NCBI GenBank assembly: GCA_038128265.1
Contig: JAYPJE010000007.1
Span: forward strand, 1 to 64,000
Reading direction: 5' to 3'
Source: Gemmatimonadota bacterium
Lineage (GTDB): Bacteria; Latescibacterota; UBA2968; UBA8231
DNA length: 64,000 bases
The notes beneath the pieces are model-generated. The model ran no database searches and was not told where the DNA came from. It saw nothing but the letters and a program-made list of their open reading frames with translations. The position numbers were made by a program, and so were the translations under genes. Shown one piece after another: positions 19,917 through 28,459 of this stretch. Each line of letters starts with the position of its first letter. Positions within the stretch are counted from its first letter, which is position 1.

Positions 19917-21716
19917 ATGGACGCATCGCGCATCCGCAACTTTTCCATTATCGCTCACATCGATCACGGCAAGTCGACGCTCGCCGATCGGCTGCTTGAA
20001 AAAACGGCTACGCTCACGCAGAAGCAGATGCAGGAACAGGTCCTCGACAGCATGGATCTGGAGCGAGAGCGCGGCATCACGATTAAGGCCCATGCCGTGC
20101 GCATGAATTACAGGGCCCAAAGCGGCGAAATTTACCAGTTTAACCTCATCGACACGCCGGGCCACGTCGATTTCACCTACGAAGTTTCGCGAAGTTTGGC
20201 CGCCTGTGAAGGCGCCCTGCTCGTCGTGGATGCCACGCAGGGGGTAGAGGCGCAGACCGTGAGCAACTTGCTGCTGGCCATGAACAACGACCTGGCCATA
20301 ATTCCCGTGCTCAATAAGATCGATATGCCCGCAGCGCAGGTCGACTCGGTCAAGCAGCAGGTGCTGGATTTGCTCGGGGGCAGCGAGGACGAAATTATCT
20401 CCATAAGTGCCAAAGCGGGCATGGGGATAGACGAAGTGCTGGAAGCGGTGGTCGAACGCATACCAGCGCCGACCGGACCGCGCGAAGCGCCGCTGCGCGC
20501 GCTGATCTTTGACTCGCTCTACGACCAGTATCGCGGCGTAATATGCTTTATCCGCGTGGTGGATGGCATGCTGCGCAAGGGGCAGAAGGTGCGCTTTTAC
20601 TCCACGGGAGTCGTCTACGAAGTTGAGGAAGTGGGCACACTGGTGCTCGACCGGGTTGCGACGCCGGAGCTGCTGGCTGGGGAAGTGGGCTATTTGACGG
20701 CGAATATCAAAGAACTGGATGAAGCGGGAGTGGGCGATACGGTGATGGATGCCGGCAGCGAGGGCGTGCTGCCCCTGCCGGGCTATCAGCCGCTCAAATC
20801 CATGGTATTCAGCGGTATCTATCCGGTTAACCCGGACGACTACGAAGAACTGCGCGACGCGCTGGATCGGCTCAAACTCAACGATGCGGCCTTCTCATAC
20901 GAACCGGAGACATCGCCCGCGCTGGGCTTTGGCTTCCGCTGCGGGTTTCTCGGGCTGCTGCATATGGAGATCATTCAGGAGCGTCTGGACCGCGAGTACC
21001 AGGTTGAAATCATTACCACGCTGCCCAATGTGCGCTATGAAGTCCTCAAGAAGGACGGCGAATTGATCGAAGTTGAAAATCCCTCGCTATTGCCTCCGGC
21101 CGTAGAGATCGACGAGGTGCGCGAACCCATCTTGTCGGTGCAAATACTCGTCCCGAGTGATTACATCGGCGCGGTGATGAAGATTTGCAACGATCGCCGG
21201 GGCCTCTACCTCAACACGGAATACCTCGATGGCAGCCGCGCCATTCTCAGCTTTGAACTGCCCCTTTCGGAGGTGGTGATTGACTTTTACGACCGCCTGA
21301 AATCATCGACGCGCGGCTACGCTTCGTTTGACTACGAGCACAAGGAAATGCGGGCTGGACCGCTGGCTAAGCTCGATATTCTCATCAACGGCGAACCGCT
21401 CGATGCGCTTTCGGCCATTATTCACCGCGATAATGCGCCCGTGTGGGGACGCAAGCTCTGTCTCAAGCTGAAGGAACTGATTCCGCGCCAGATGTTTGAG
21501 GTTGTTATCCAGGGGGCCGTGGGCAATAAGATCGTCGCGCGCGAAGTCGTGCGGCCCTTTCGCAAAAACGTCATTGCCAAGTGCTATGGGGGCGATATAA
21601 CGCGCAAGCGCAAATTGCTCGAGAAACAAAAGGAGGGCAAGAAGCGCGCCAAGCAGTTTGGCAAAGTTGAAATACCCCAAGAGGCCTTTCTCGCTGCGCT
21701 CAAAATGGAAGATTGA
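19917..21716 (+). CDS. lepA: Translation elongation factor 4 (LepA)
   Basis: IRNFSIIAHIDHGKSTLADR, RERGITIK, DTPGH, GFRCGFLGLLHMEI, KCYGGDITRKRKLLEKQK. Confidence 0.98.
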   Translation: MDASRIRNFSIIAHIDHGKSTLADRLLEKTATLTQKQMQEQVLDSMDLERERGITIKAHAVRMNYRAQSGEIYQFNLIDTPGHVDFTYEVSRSLAACEGALLVVDATQGVEAQTVSNLLLAMNNDLAIIPVLNKIDMPAAQVDSVKQQVLDLLGGSEDEIISISAKAGMGIDEVLEAVVERIPAPTGPREAPLRALIFDSLYDQYRGVICFIRVVDGMLRKGQKVRFYSTGVVYEVEEVGTLVLDRVATPELLAGEVGYLTANIKELDEAGVGDTVMDAGSEGVLPLPGYQPLKSMVFSGIYPVNPDDYEELRDALDRLKLNDAAFSYEPETSPALGFGFRCGFLGLLHMEIIQERLDREYQVEIITTLPNVRYEVLKKDGELIEVENPSLLPPAVEIDEVREPILSVQILVPSDYIGAVMKICNDRRGLYLNTEYLDGSRAILSFELPLSEVVIDFYDRLKSSTRGYASFDYEHKEMRAGPLAKLDILINGEPLDALSAIIHRDNAPVWGRKLCLKLKELIPRQMFEVVIQGAVGNKIVAREVVRPFRKNVIAKCYGGDITRKRKLLEKQKEGKKRAKQFGKVEIPQEAFLAALKMED

Positions 21717-21719
21717 GCT

Positions 21720-22430
21720 ATGAGCAAGAAGGGGCCGAGCAAGGCCAAAGAGCCCGTTCGCCGCGCCGGCAGCCGGGCGGGAGCGGGGCGCACTCGCCGG
21801 CCTTACGTTGTGCTGGCGGTTTTAGCGTTGCTGGCGGTCGTGCTGTATTGCTCCGTTGCACTGCCCTATCGCGTGCCCTCACGGGCTATGGAAGATACGC
21901 TGTTGGCCGGCGATTACGTGCTGCTGGAAAAGCTGAGTTACGGAGCCCAATTACCCTTTGCGCTGGGGCGATTACCGGCCCTGGGAAGGGTCGACGTCGG
22001 CGACGTCGTCGTATTTCACCTGCCCGACGATGCGCAGCGCGTATACGTTAAACGCTGTATGGCAACGGAGGGGCAGGTGGTGGAGATCGTCGACAAAGTC
22101 CTCTACGTCGATGGCGTGCGCGTGCCGGATCCGCCGCACTCGAAATACATAGACGCGCGCATTATGGCCGTCGGTCAGAGCACGCGCGACAATTGGGGGC
22201 CGGTCGAAGTGCCTCCCGGTAGCTTCTTTCTGGTGGGCGATAACCGCGATAACAGCCGCGATAGCCGGGCGTGGGGATTTATCCCCGTTGAAATGCTGGT
22301 TGGCCGGGCGGTCGCCGTGCTCTTTTCGCTGCATCCGCTGGCTGGGGCCGACGACGGCCCGCTGTGGGCTGCGCTGGGTGGGTTGCCCGAACGCGTGCGC
22401 TGGACGCGGCCCGGCACCTGGGTGGACTGA
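21720..22430 (+). CDS. lepB: Signal peptidase I
   Basis: N-terminal TM, VPSRAMEDTL (Ser), YVKR (Lys), GDNRDNSRDSR. Follows lepA. Confidence 0.92.
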   Translation: MSKKGPSKAKEPVRRAGSRAGAGRTRRPYVVLAVLALLAVVLYCSVALPYRVPSRAMEDTLLAGDYVLLEKLSYGAQLPFALGRLPALGRVDVGDVVVFHLPDDAQRVYVKRCMATEGQVVEIVDKVLYVDGVRVPDPPHSKYIDARIMAVGQSTRDNWGPVEVPPGSFFLVGDNRDNSRDSRAWGFIPVEMLVGRAVAVLFSLHPLAGADDGPLWAALGGLPERVRWTRPGTWVD

Positions 22431-22432
22431 GC

Positions 22433-23614
22433 GTGCTGCGCGGCCTCTATGTCCACATTCCCTTTTGTCCGCAAATCTGTCCCTATTGCGCCTTTGCCTC
22501 GCTGCGCGGCCGCGATCATTTGCACCGGCCCTATATGGTAGCGCTGAGACGGGAGTTGGAGCGTTGGGCGACTGTGCGCCCGTCCGCGCCGCTGGATACG
22601 GTGTTTATCGGTGGCGGCACGCCGACTCAGATTGCACCGGCCCTGTTAGCTGAACTGCTGGAGGCGGTGGACGGAGTGCTGGGAGTGGGCGAAGGGACGG
22701 AAATAACGGTCGAGGCCAATCCCGGCACCGTCGATCAGAGCGCTTTTGCCGCTCTGCGTGCGGCTGGTTGTACGCGCCTCAGTTTGGGCGTCCAGTCCTT
22801 TGACGACGGGGCCCTCAAGAGATTGGGGCGCGTGCATAGCGCCGCCGATGCCGAGCGGGCCTTTGCCGGGGCGCGTCAGGCGGGTTTTGAAAACGTCAGT
22901 ATTGACCTCATCTTTAGCGTGCCCGGCGTAGGGCAAGACGCCTGGCGGGGAAGCGTCGACAGGGCCATTTCCTTGGAACCCGAGCACGTGTCGGCCTACG
23001 CGCTGACCATAGAAGAGGGCACGACGTTTGCCGATCGCCAGCGCGATGGACGCCTTAAGCCACTGGGTGAAGACGAAGATGCCGCGCAGTATGAATGGAC
23101 GCGGCATCGCCTAATCGAAGCCGGATTTGAGCAGTACGAAGTGTCTAATTTCGCCCGCAGCGGGCGCCGTTCGCGCCACAACTGGTCCTATTGGACGGGC
23201 GTGGAGTACCTCGGCATCGGTCTTTCGGCTCACAGCTATCTAGGCGGGGAGCGATTCTGGAATACGCGCGAAATAGAGACTTATATTGACCGGCTCGAGG
23301 CCGGCCAATCGCCGATTGATGGGAGCGAGCGGGTGGACGAGCAGACGGCGCGGCGAGAGCGCTATTGGCTGGGATTGCGGACGAGCCAAGGCGCTGCGTT
23401 ACAGGGAGAAGAAGGCGCCCGCCTAGCATCGAGCACGCGCTTTGGCCAGCTGGTTGACGCCGGCTATCTATCCTTGGGAAGGGAGTATCTAACGCTTGGT
23501 GAAGGGGGGTGGAGTCTGGCTGATTTGCTGGCGGTAGAAGTGACAAACATACTTGAGGGCGCGCCCCTTACTCGCCTTGCAACTTCGCAGGAAAACGAGA
23601 TGAACGTATGCTAA
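22433..23614 (+). CDS. hemW: Radical SAM family heme chaperone HemW
   Basis: LYVHIPFCPQICPYCAF (CxxxCxxC), GGGTPT, YEVSNF, HNWSYW (HNxxYW). Confidence 0.9.
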   Translation: MLRGLYVHIPFCPQICPYCAFASLRGRDHLHRPYMVALRRELERWATVRPSAPLDTVFIGGGTPTQIAPALLAELLEAVDGVLGVGEGTEITVEANPGTVDQSAFAALRAAGCTRLSLGVQSFDDGALKRLGRVHSAADAERAFAGARQAGFENVSIDLIFSVPGVGQDAWRGSVDRAISLEPEHVSAYALTIEEGTTFADRQRDGRLKPLGEDEDAAQYEWTRHRLIEAGFEQYEVSNFARSGRRSRHNWSYWTGVEYLGIGLSAHSYLGGERFWNTREIETYIDRLEAGQSPIDGSERVDEQTARRERYWLGLRTSQGAALQGEEGARLASSTRFGQLVDAGYLSLGREYLTLGEGGWSLADLLAVEVTNILEGAPLTRLATSQENEMNVC

Positions 23615-25308
23615 AACGGACGCTGTTACTGTGGCTTGTAGTCGGCTTTGTGCTATCCCCTACAGTGCACGCGCAGCAAACGGCGCAGAGAGCCGGAGTA
23701 GACGTACTCGAGGAGCAGAGCGATGTGTCCGAGAGGGAAGCTCCAGTCATCGGTATGGAAGCGTACCGCGAAGTGCTGGAATCTGGTGCCTACTTGGTGG
23801 GACCGGGAGACGAATTCCTCGTTTATGTGCCGGGCATGACGCAGCCCATGTACAATCGGGTGCTGGCTGAGGGGAGCGTGTTTATTCCCCAGGTCGGCAA
23901 TATCAGCGTTGGCGGTCTGCGCCTAGACGAAGCGCGTCGGCGCGTGCAGCAGCGCTTTGCCGAAGTGGTGCGCTTGGGGGATCTGAGTTTTGAATTAAGC
24001 GAGGCGCGGAAATTTCCCGTGCCCATTCTAGGCATGGTAAGCGAACCGGGCATTTACAGGGCCAGCGGCGTTGAACGGGTAAGTCAGGTCATAGGCAACG
24101 CCGGCGAACTGCAAGAACGGGCTACGACGCGCAATATCCACTTGTTGAAAACGACCCATATGTCGGTCGAGGAGCGCGCGGAGCTCAGCAAGCGCCTCGC
24201 CCTTGGCTTCGGTGCGGGTAAAGTGGATGGCGTCGAGATCAAACGGGTCGATATCGATATGTACCGGATAACGGGGGAGTCGCGCTACAACCCGTTTATC
24301 GAAGACGGCGATATTATTTTGGTGACCGCTTCTATTGGGCGCATGGCCTGTTTTGGCGCGATGAATCGCCCGGGCTATTACGAGTATGTGCCGGGCGATC
24401 GCATGAGCGACCTGCTGCGTCTGGCGCTTGGTCCCTCGGCTGATGTCGATATGTCCAACATCTGGCTGTTTCGCTATGAAAACGATTTAGAGGGGCGCGT
24501 TGCTCTGCCGGTAGATGTACAGGCGGTGTTGGCGGGTTATCCGGAGGCAGATATAGAGCTTAAAGCCGACGATTGGCTCAACGTGCGGTCCATTCCTGAA
24601 TTTCACAAGCGGAGCGAGGTCTCCATTTTGGGCGAAGTGGCCTATCCGGGCTACTACGTCATTGATACGGAAGGTATGGATCTGCGTTCGCTGGTTGCCA
24701 AGGCCGGCGGCTTTACGGCGCGTGCCGCTCTTGCGGAGGCGCGCATCGTGCGCCAAAACAGCCTGCAGCAAGGAGACCAGCAGACTCGGGTTGAGGAAGT
24801 CGATCCCGAATTTGAGCGCATTCGCTTTATTCCCGTGGCCGACCGCACGGAAGACGAAAACCAGTATTTTATCATGAAGTCGCGCGAGCGCGCGGGGCAG
24901 ATGTCCGTCGACTGGGTAAAGCTCTTTACCGAGGGCGATGAGTCGCATAATATACCGCTTCTGCCCGGTGATATTGTCGTAGTGCCAACGCTGCTGCGCA
25001 CGGTGTCTGTAAGCGGGGCCGTTGCCCAGCCCGGCTCGGTGACCTACGATGCGTCTTTTACCGTCGCTGACTATATAGAGCGCACGGGAGGGTTGGGATG
25101 GCGCGCCTCCGATGATGTGCGTGTCATCAAGGGGCTTACGGGCGAGATCAAACGCGCAAAGGATTCGGTGCAAATCCAACCCGGCGACCGGATATGGGTC
25201 AAGGAAAAGCCCCAGCGCGATTATTGGGAGATTTTTACGCAGACCATGAGCGTGATAGGCGAGGTGACGACGGTGGTCTTACTCTTTGTAACGATTACGG
25301 GAAACTGA
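23608..25308 (+). CDS. SLBB-domain polysaccharide export protein (KpsD/Wza-like)
   Basis: Signal peptide, YLVGPGD Poly_export start, repeated GxVxxPGxY...AGG and GDxI SLBB units. Confidence 0.8.
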   Translation: MLKRTLLLWLVVGFVLSPTVHAQQTAQRAGVDVLEEQSDVSEREAPVIGMEAYREVLESGAYLVGPGDEFLVYVPGMTQPMYNRVLAEGSVFIPQVGNISVGGLRLDEARRRVQQRFAEVVRLGDLSFELSEARKFPVPILGMVSEPGIYRASGVERVSQVIGNAGELQERATTRNIHLLKTTHMSVEERAELSKRLALGFGAGKVDGVEIKRVDIDMYRITGESRYNPFIEDGDIILVTASIGRMACFGAMNRPGYYEYVPGDRMSDLLRLALGPSADVDMSNIWLFRYENDLEGRVALPVDVQAVLAGYPEADIELKADDWLNVRSIPEFHKRSEVSILGEVAYPGYYVIDTEGMDLRSLVAKAGGFTARAALAEARIVRQNSLQQGDQQTRVEEVDPEFERIRFIPVADRTEDENQYFIMKSRERAGQMSVDWVKLFTEGDESHNIPLLPGDIVVVPTLLRTVSVSGAVAQPGSVTYDASFTVADYIERTGGLGWRASDDVRVIKGLTGEIKRAKDSVQIQPGDRIWVKEKPQRDYWEIFTQTMSVIGEVTTVVLLFVTITGN

Positions 25309-25312
25309 GCGC

Positions 25313-26509
25313 ATGCAAGGCGAAAAGACCCTGCTCGACTACGTGTACGTCTTGGTCAAATGGCGGCGCCTAATCATCTGGCCCGTGCTGGTCGTATCAC
25401 TGGCGGCTGCCGGCGTGGCCCTACTCCTACCGGAGCGCTGGCAGGCTGATACCGTGCTCTTGCCCAGCGAAGATGAACCGGGTCGCTTCGAGATGACGAT
25501 GCTGCTGGGGCCAACGATGCCTGGGGGATTGGGTGGCTTGTTGGGCCAGGCGACGCCGGGGGAACGCCTGCTGACCGTATTGAAGAGCCGGCGCGTTCTG
25601 GGAGCCATGGTCGACCGCTTTGCCCTCGTTGAGGACTATGGCGTGCCCAATCGCGAATTGGCCATTGAGGCGCTGCGCGAGATCGTCGAGGCCGAGCTGA
25701 GCCGCGACGGGGCGCTCTATGTGCAGGTAGAGGCGTCCAGTCCGCAGGGAGCTGCCGATCTAGCCAACGCACTCGCCGTTGAACTCGACGCCGTCGTGCG
25801 CCAAAACAAGCGGACGCAGGCTGACGAACTGCGCGGCTTTTTGGAAGATCGCATGGAGACGGTGCAGGGGGAAATTGAGGCCAAAGCGCTCTATATGCGC
25901 CGTTTTCAGGAAGAGCGGGGCATTGTCGACCTCGAAGCGCAGACGGCGGCCATGGTCGAACTGACGCAACATATCGTCCAAGAGCTGGCCATGCTCGAGG
26001 TAAAACTGGGCATTGCCCAGCGTCGCCTCAAACCCGACCACGAGGAGCGCCTCCTGCTGGAAATGGAGGCCGAAGAGTTGCGCGGGCAGCTGCAGCGGGC
26101 CGTCGGCGATATGGGAGAGCAGGTCGTTTTTGAGCGAGAGCAACGGGATGACGCCTTTGCCGCACTTGGACCTCCGCTGCGCCAGTGGCCGAGCCTGGGG
26201 CTCGAATACGCCCAGCTAAGCCTTGAGATGAAAGTAGCCGAACAGGTGCTGGCCTTTCTCGCCGCCCAGTTGGAGGACGCCAAATATCGCCAGGCCCAAG
26301 ACGCGCCGACCCTGCAAATACTGGATCCGGCCTCGGTCCCCGAATTCCGCAGTGCGCCGAGTCGGACCCTTATCGTCTTGATATCGGCCGGGCTGAGTCT
26401 AGCCATCGGCGTGGTGCTGGCCTTTTTCTTTGAGTCGCTGCAGGGGCTGTCTAACGAGAACCGCGACAAGCTGCTGGCCATACGCCAGGCGTGGGGCAAA
26501 AATGGGTAG
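25313..26509 (+). CDS. Wzz/GumC-like polysaccharide co-polymerase
   Basis: LLDYVYVLVKWRRLI plus TM1, coiled coil, LDPASVPEFRSAPSR plus TM2. No tyrosine kinase domain. Confidence 0.85.
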   Translation: MQGEKTLLDYVYVLVKWRRLIIWPVLVVSLAAAGVALLLPERWQADTVLLPSEDEPGRFEMTMLLGPTMPGGLGGLLGQATPGERLLTVLKSRRVLGAMVDRFALVEDYGVPNRELAIEALREIVEAELSRDGALYVQVEASSPQGAADLANALAVELDAVVRQNKRTQADELRGFLEDRMETVQGEIEAKALYMRRFQEERGIVDLEAQTAAMVELTQHIVQELAMLEVKLGIAQRRLKPDHEERLLLEMEAEELRGQLQRAVGDMGEQVVFEREQRDDAFAALGPPLRQWPSLGLEYAQLSLEMKVAEQVLAFLAAQLEDAKYRQAQDAPTLQILDPASVPEFRSAPSRTLIVLISAGLSLAIGVVLAFFFESLQGLSNENRDKLLAIRQAWGKNG

Positions 26510-26570
26510 TTGGTAATTTTTCTGGCCGGAATGCTCGCCGTGCCGATACAATAATTAGGTGAATTATTGT

Positions 26571-26762
26571 ATGAATTTTAAGAAAAACTACCCATTGCCC
26601 GAGCATCTCAGCGACGAAGATGCCCTGCCGCGCAGCCAAGAAGAGCGCCTGATGTGGATTCGACTGCGCGTCGAGAAGGGGTACTACGAGAGCGATCGGA
26701 TTAAAAAAGCCGTTGCGGAAGCGTTTATGGATCCGCCGACGTGCCGACGTGCTGGGGAGTGA
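26571..26762 (+). CDS. Small protein resembling the FlgM anti-sigma C-terminal domain
   Basis: ERLMWIRLRVEKGYYESDRIKKAVAEAF resembles the FlgM pattern RVxxIKxxIxxGxY...IAxxL. Followed by a terminator. Confidence 0.5.
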   Translation: MNFKKNYPLPEHLSDEDALPRSQEERLMWIRLRVEKGYYESDRIKKAVAEAFMDPPTCRRAGE

Positions 26763-26780
26763 GCCAGTCTAAAAGAGAAT

Positions 26781-26822
26781 AAAAAAGGCGCCGCATCTAC
26801 TGGAGATGCGGCGCCTTTTTTT
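26781..26822. terminator. Bidirectional intrinsic terminator
   Basis: AAAAAAGGCGCCGCATCT-actgg-AGATGCGGCGCCTTTTTTT between convergent genes. Confidence 0.9.
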
Positions 26823-26823
26823 A

Positions 26824-26908
26824 TGGTGGGGGGAGCAGGATTCGAACCTACGAAGGCTGAGCCAACAGATTTACAGTCTGCCCCGTTTGACCGCTTCGGT
26901 ATCCCCCC
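26824..26908 (-). tRNA. tRNA-Tyr(GTA)
   Basis: Reverse complement GGGGGGATACCGAAGCGGTCAAACGGGGCAGACTGTAAATCTG...GGTTCGAATCCTGCTCCCCCCACCA. Long variable arm, encoded CCA. Confidence 0.97.
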
Positions 26909-26931
26909 AGATGTTTCTTTTTAGAAATCTA

Positions 26932-26959
26932 AAGATAGGGGGGATTAAAAAACTGTCAA
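26932..26959 (-). promoter_or_regulatory. Sigma-70-type promoter for tRNA-Tyr
   Basis: Minus strand TTGACA-16 bp-TATCTT about 25 nt upstream of the tRNA. Confidence 0.6.
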
Positions 26960-26964
26960 CACTT

Positions 26965-27813
26965 TCACGCCTCGCTAGACAGGCTTTTAAGCGTTCCGTT
27001 CCGCGAGGGATGACGTAGCTTGCTAAGCGCTCTCTCTTTGAGTTGGCGAATGCGCTCGCGGGTTAAGTTCATCATGTCGCCGATCTCTTCGAGCGTTAGC
27101 GCCTCATTGCCGTCAAGACCAAAATAGAGACGGATAATGCGAAGTTCGCGTTCGTCCAACGTGTTGAGCGCATTCTCGAGCTGGACTCTGGCTGACTCGC
27201 GCAGAACGTCGGCATCGGGTGCCTCTAGAGACTGGTCGGGCAGCGTGTTGAGAAGGCTGCGTTCGTCATCGTCGGTGAAAGACTCATCAAGAGAGCATAC
27301 GGAACGGGCACTTAGGATGGTTTCTAAGATCTCTTCGGCGGGAACATCGAGTTCTTGTGCAATCTCTTCTACGTCAGGATCGCCTTCGCGGTCTTGCCCT
27401 AGCTTGCGAGATGCTTTGGATATGTCTTTTAAGAGACTGACTTTGTTGAGGGGGAGTCGGACCGTGCGCACGTGTTCGGCTAGCGTTTGTAATATGGATT
27501 GTCGAATCCACCAGACAGCGTAGGAGATGAATTTGTAGCCTTTTGTGCCGTCAAAGCGATCTGCTGCGGTTATCAGCCCCAGATTACCAGCACTAATAAG
27601 GTCGGAAAGAGAGAGCCCTCGGTTCTGATATTTCTTTGCTACGTCGACGACAAAGCGGAGATTGGCGCGAATCATTTCGTCTCGGGCCCTCATGTCGCCA
27701 TTTTTAATGCGTTCTGCTAGCTCTACTTCACGCTCGCGGCTAAGCGGCGTAGATTCGGCGATATCGTCGAAGTAGAGTCGTAGGGTACTCTCCTCGTCGT
27801 GCAGATTCTGCAT
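26965..27813 (-). CDS. RpoD/SigA-family sigma-70 factor lacking region 1.1
   Basis: ANLRFVVDVAKKY, GNLGL, GYKFISYAVWWIRQSI, VRLPLN, TLEEIG...LTRERIRQ. 282 aa, AGAGGA RBS. Confidence 0.92.
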   Translation of the reverse strand: MQNLHDEESTLRLYFDDIAESTPLSREREVELAERIKNGDMRARDEMIRANLRFVVDVAKKYQNRGLSLSDLISAGNLGLITAADRFDGTKGYKFISYAVWWIRQSILQTLAEHVRTVRLPLNKVSLLKDISKASRKLGQDREGDPDVEEIAQELDVPAEEILETILSARSVCSLDESFTDDDERSLLNTLPDQSLEAPDADVLRESARVQLENALNTLDERELRIIRLYFGLDGNEALTLEEIGDMMNLTRERIRQLKERALSKLRHPSRNGTLKSLSSEA

Positions 27814-27850
27814 AGTTCCTCTCGTTTATCGTGTAGGGTTAAACGGAGCG

Positions 27851-27879
27851 ATTGTACATAAGTTAAGGAGCTCGGTCAA
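27851..27879 (-). promoter_or_regulatory. Sigma-70-type promoter for the sigma gene
   Basis: Minus strand TTGACC-17 bp-TACAAT about 40 nt upstream of the ATG. Confidence 0.65.
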
Positions 27880-28111
27880 GTTTTTTATCGCGTGGGGCGG
27901 CGGGGCGCAACACGTCGACGATGTATTGGTGCGCGCCCTCGTAGGGCGGATTGCCCATTTCGCGTGCGACCACAAGGGCACTTTCGACCAAGAGGCGGTC
28001 GCCCAGTGCGAGGTCCAGTAGCTGTTGGACGTGGTTGGGGCGCAGGGCAAAGCGGTCAGTCAATAGCTCTATTGCGTCTGTATCTTCCGGTTTGATTCCT
28101 GTATCGAGCAT
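27863..28111 (-). CDS. Hypothetical small protein
   Basis: Helical-looking ORF (MLDTGIKPEDTDAIELL...) upstream of and co-oriented with the sigma gene. Confidence 0.5.
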   Translation of the reverse strand: MLDTGIKPEDTDAIELLTDRFALRPNHVQQLLDLALGDRLLVESALVVAREMGNPPYEGAHQYIVDVLRPAAPRDKKLDRAP

Positions 28112-28459
28112 CGAGAATCGCTTGGGTGAATAAGGGGATGGGGCGGAAGCGGCCCTGTCAAAACATACCATTTTGAGGAAGTTTCCGCTACCTGTGCGGC
28201 GCTGTGTAGAAGCGGTGAAAAAGGGCAGATGGAGGGTTGTTATTCGCCCCGATCTTCTGTAAGCAGAGCTAGTTAGCTACAATTCTCTGCGTGAGCGGTA
28301 TGGACCTACTTGAAAAGGTAAAAAAACTCTAAGTATAATAAAAACAGACTATTAAAAATTAAATATAAAAAGTTGATATTTTGCGCGATTTCCCATCGAT
28401 GCCGTCCCTCAGCGCGGGCGAGCTCGATCTTGTAACGGATCGAGCTCACCTCAGTACAC

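Noticed and set aside
26824..26908. tRNA-Tyr as an island integration site
   Set aside because: No integrase and no duplicate of the tRNA 3' end were seen in the window.
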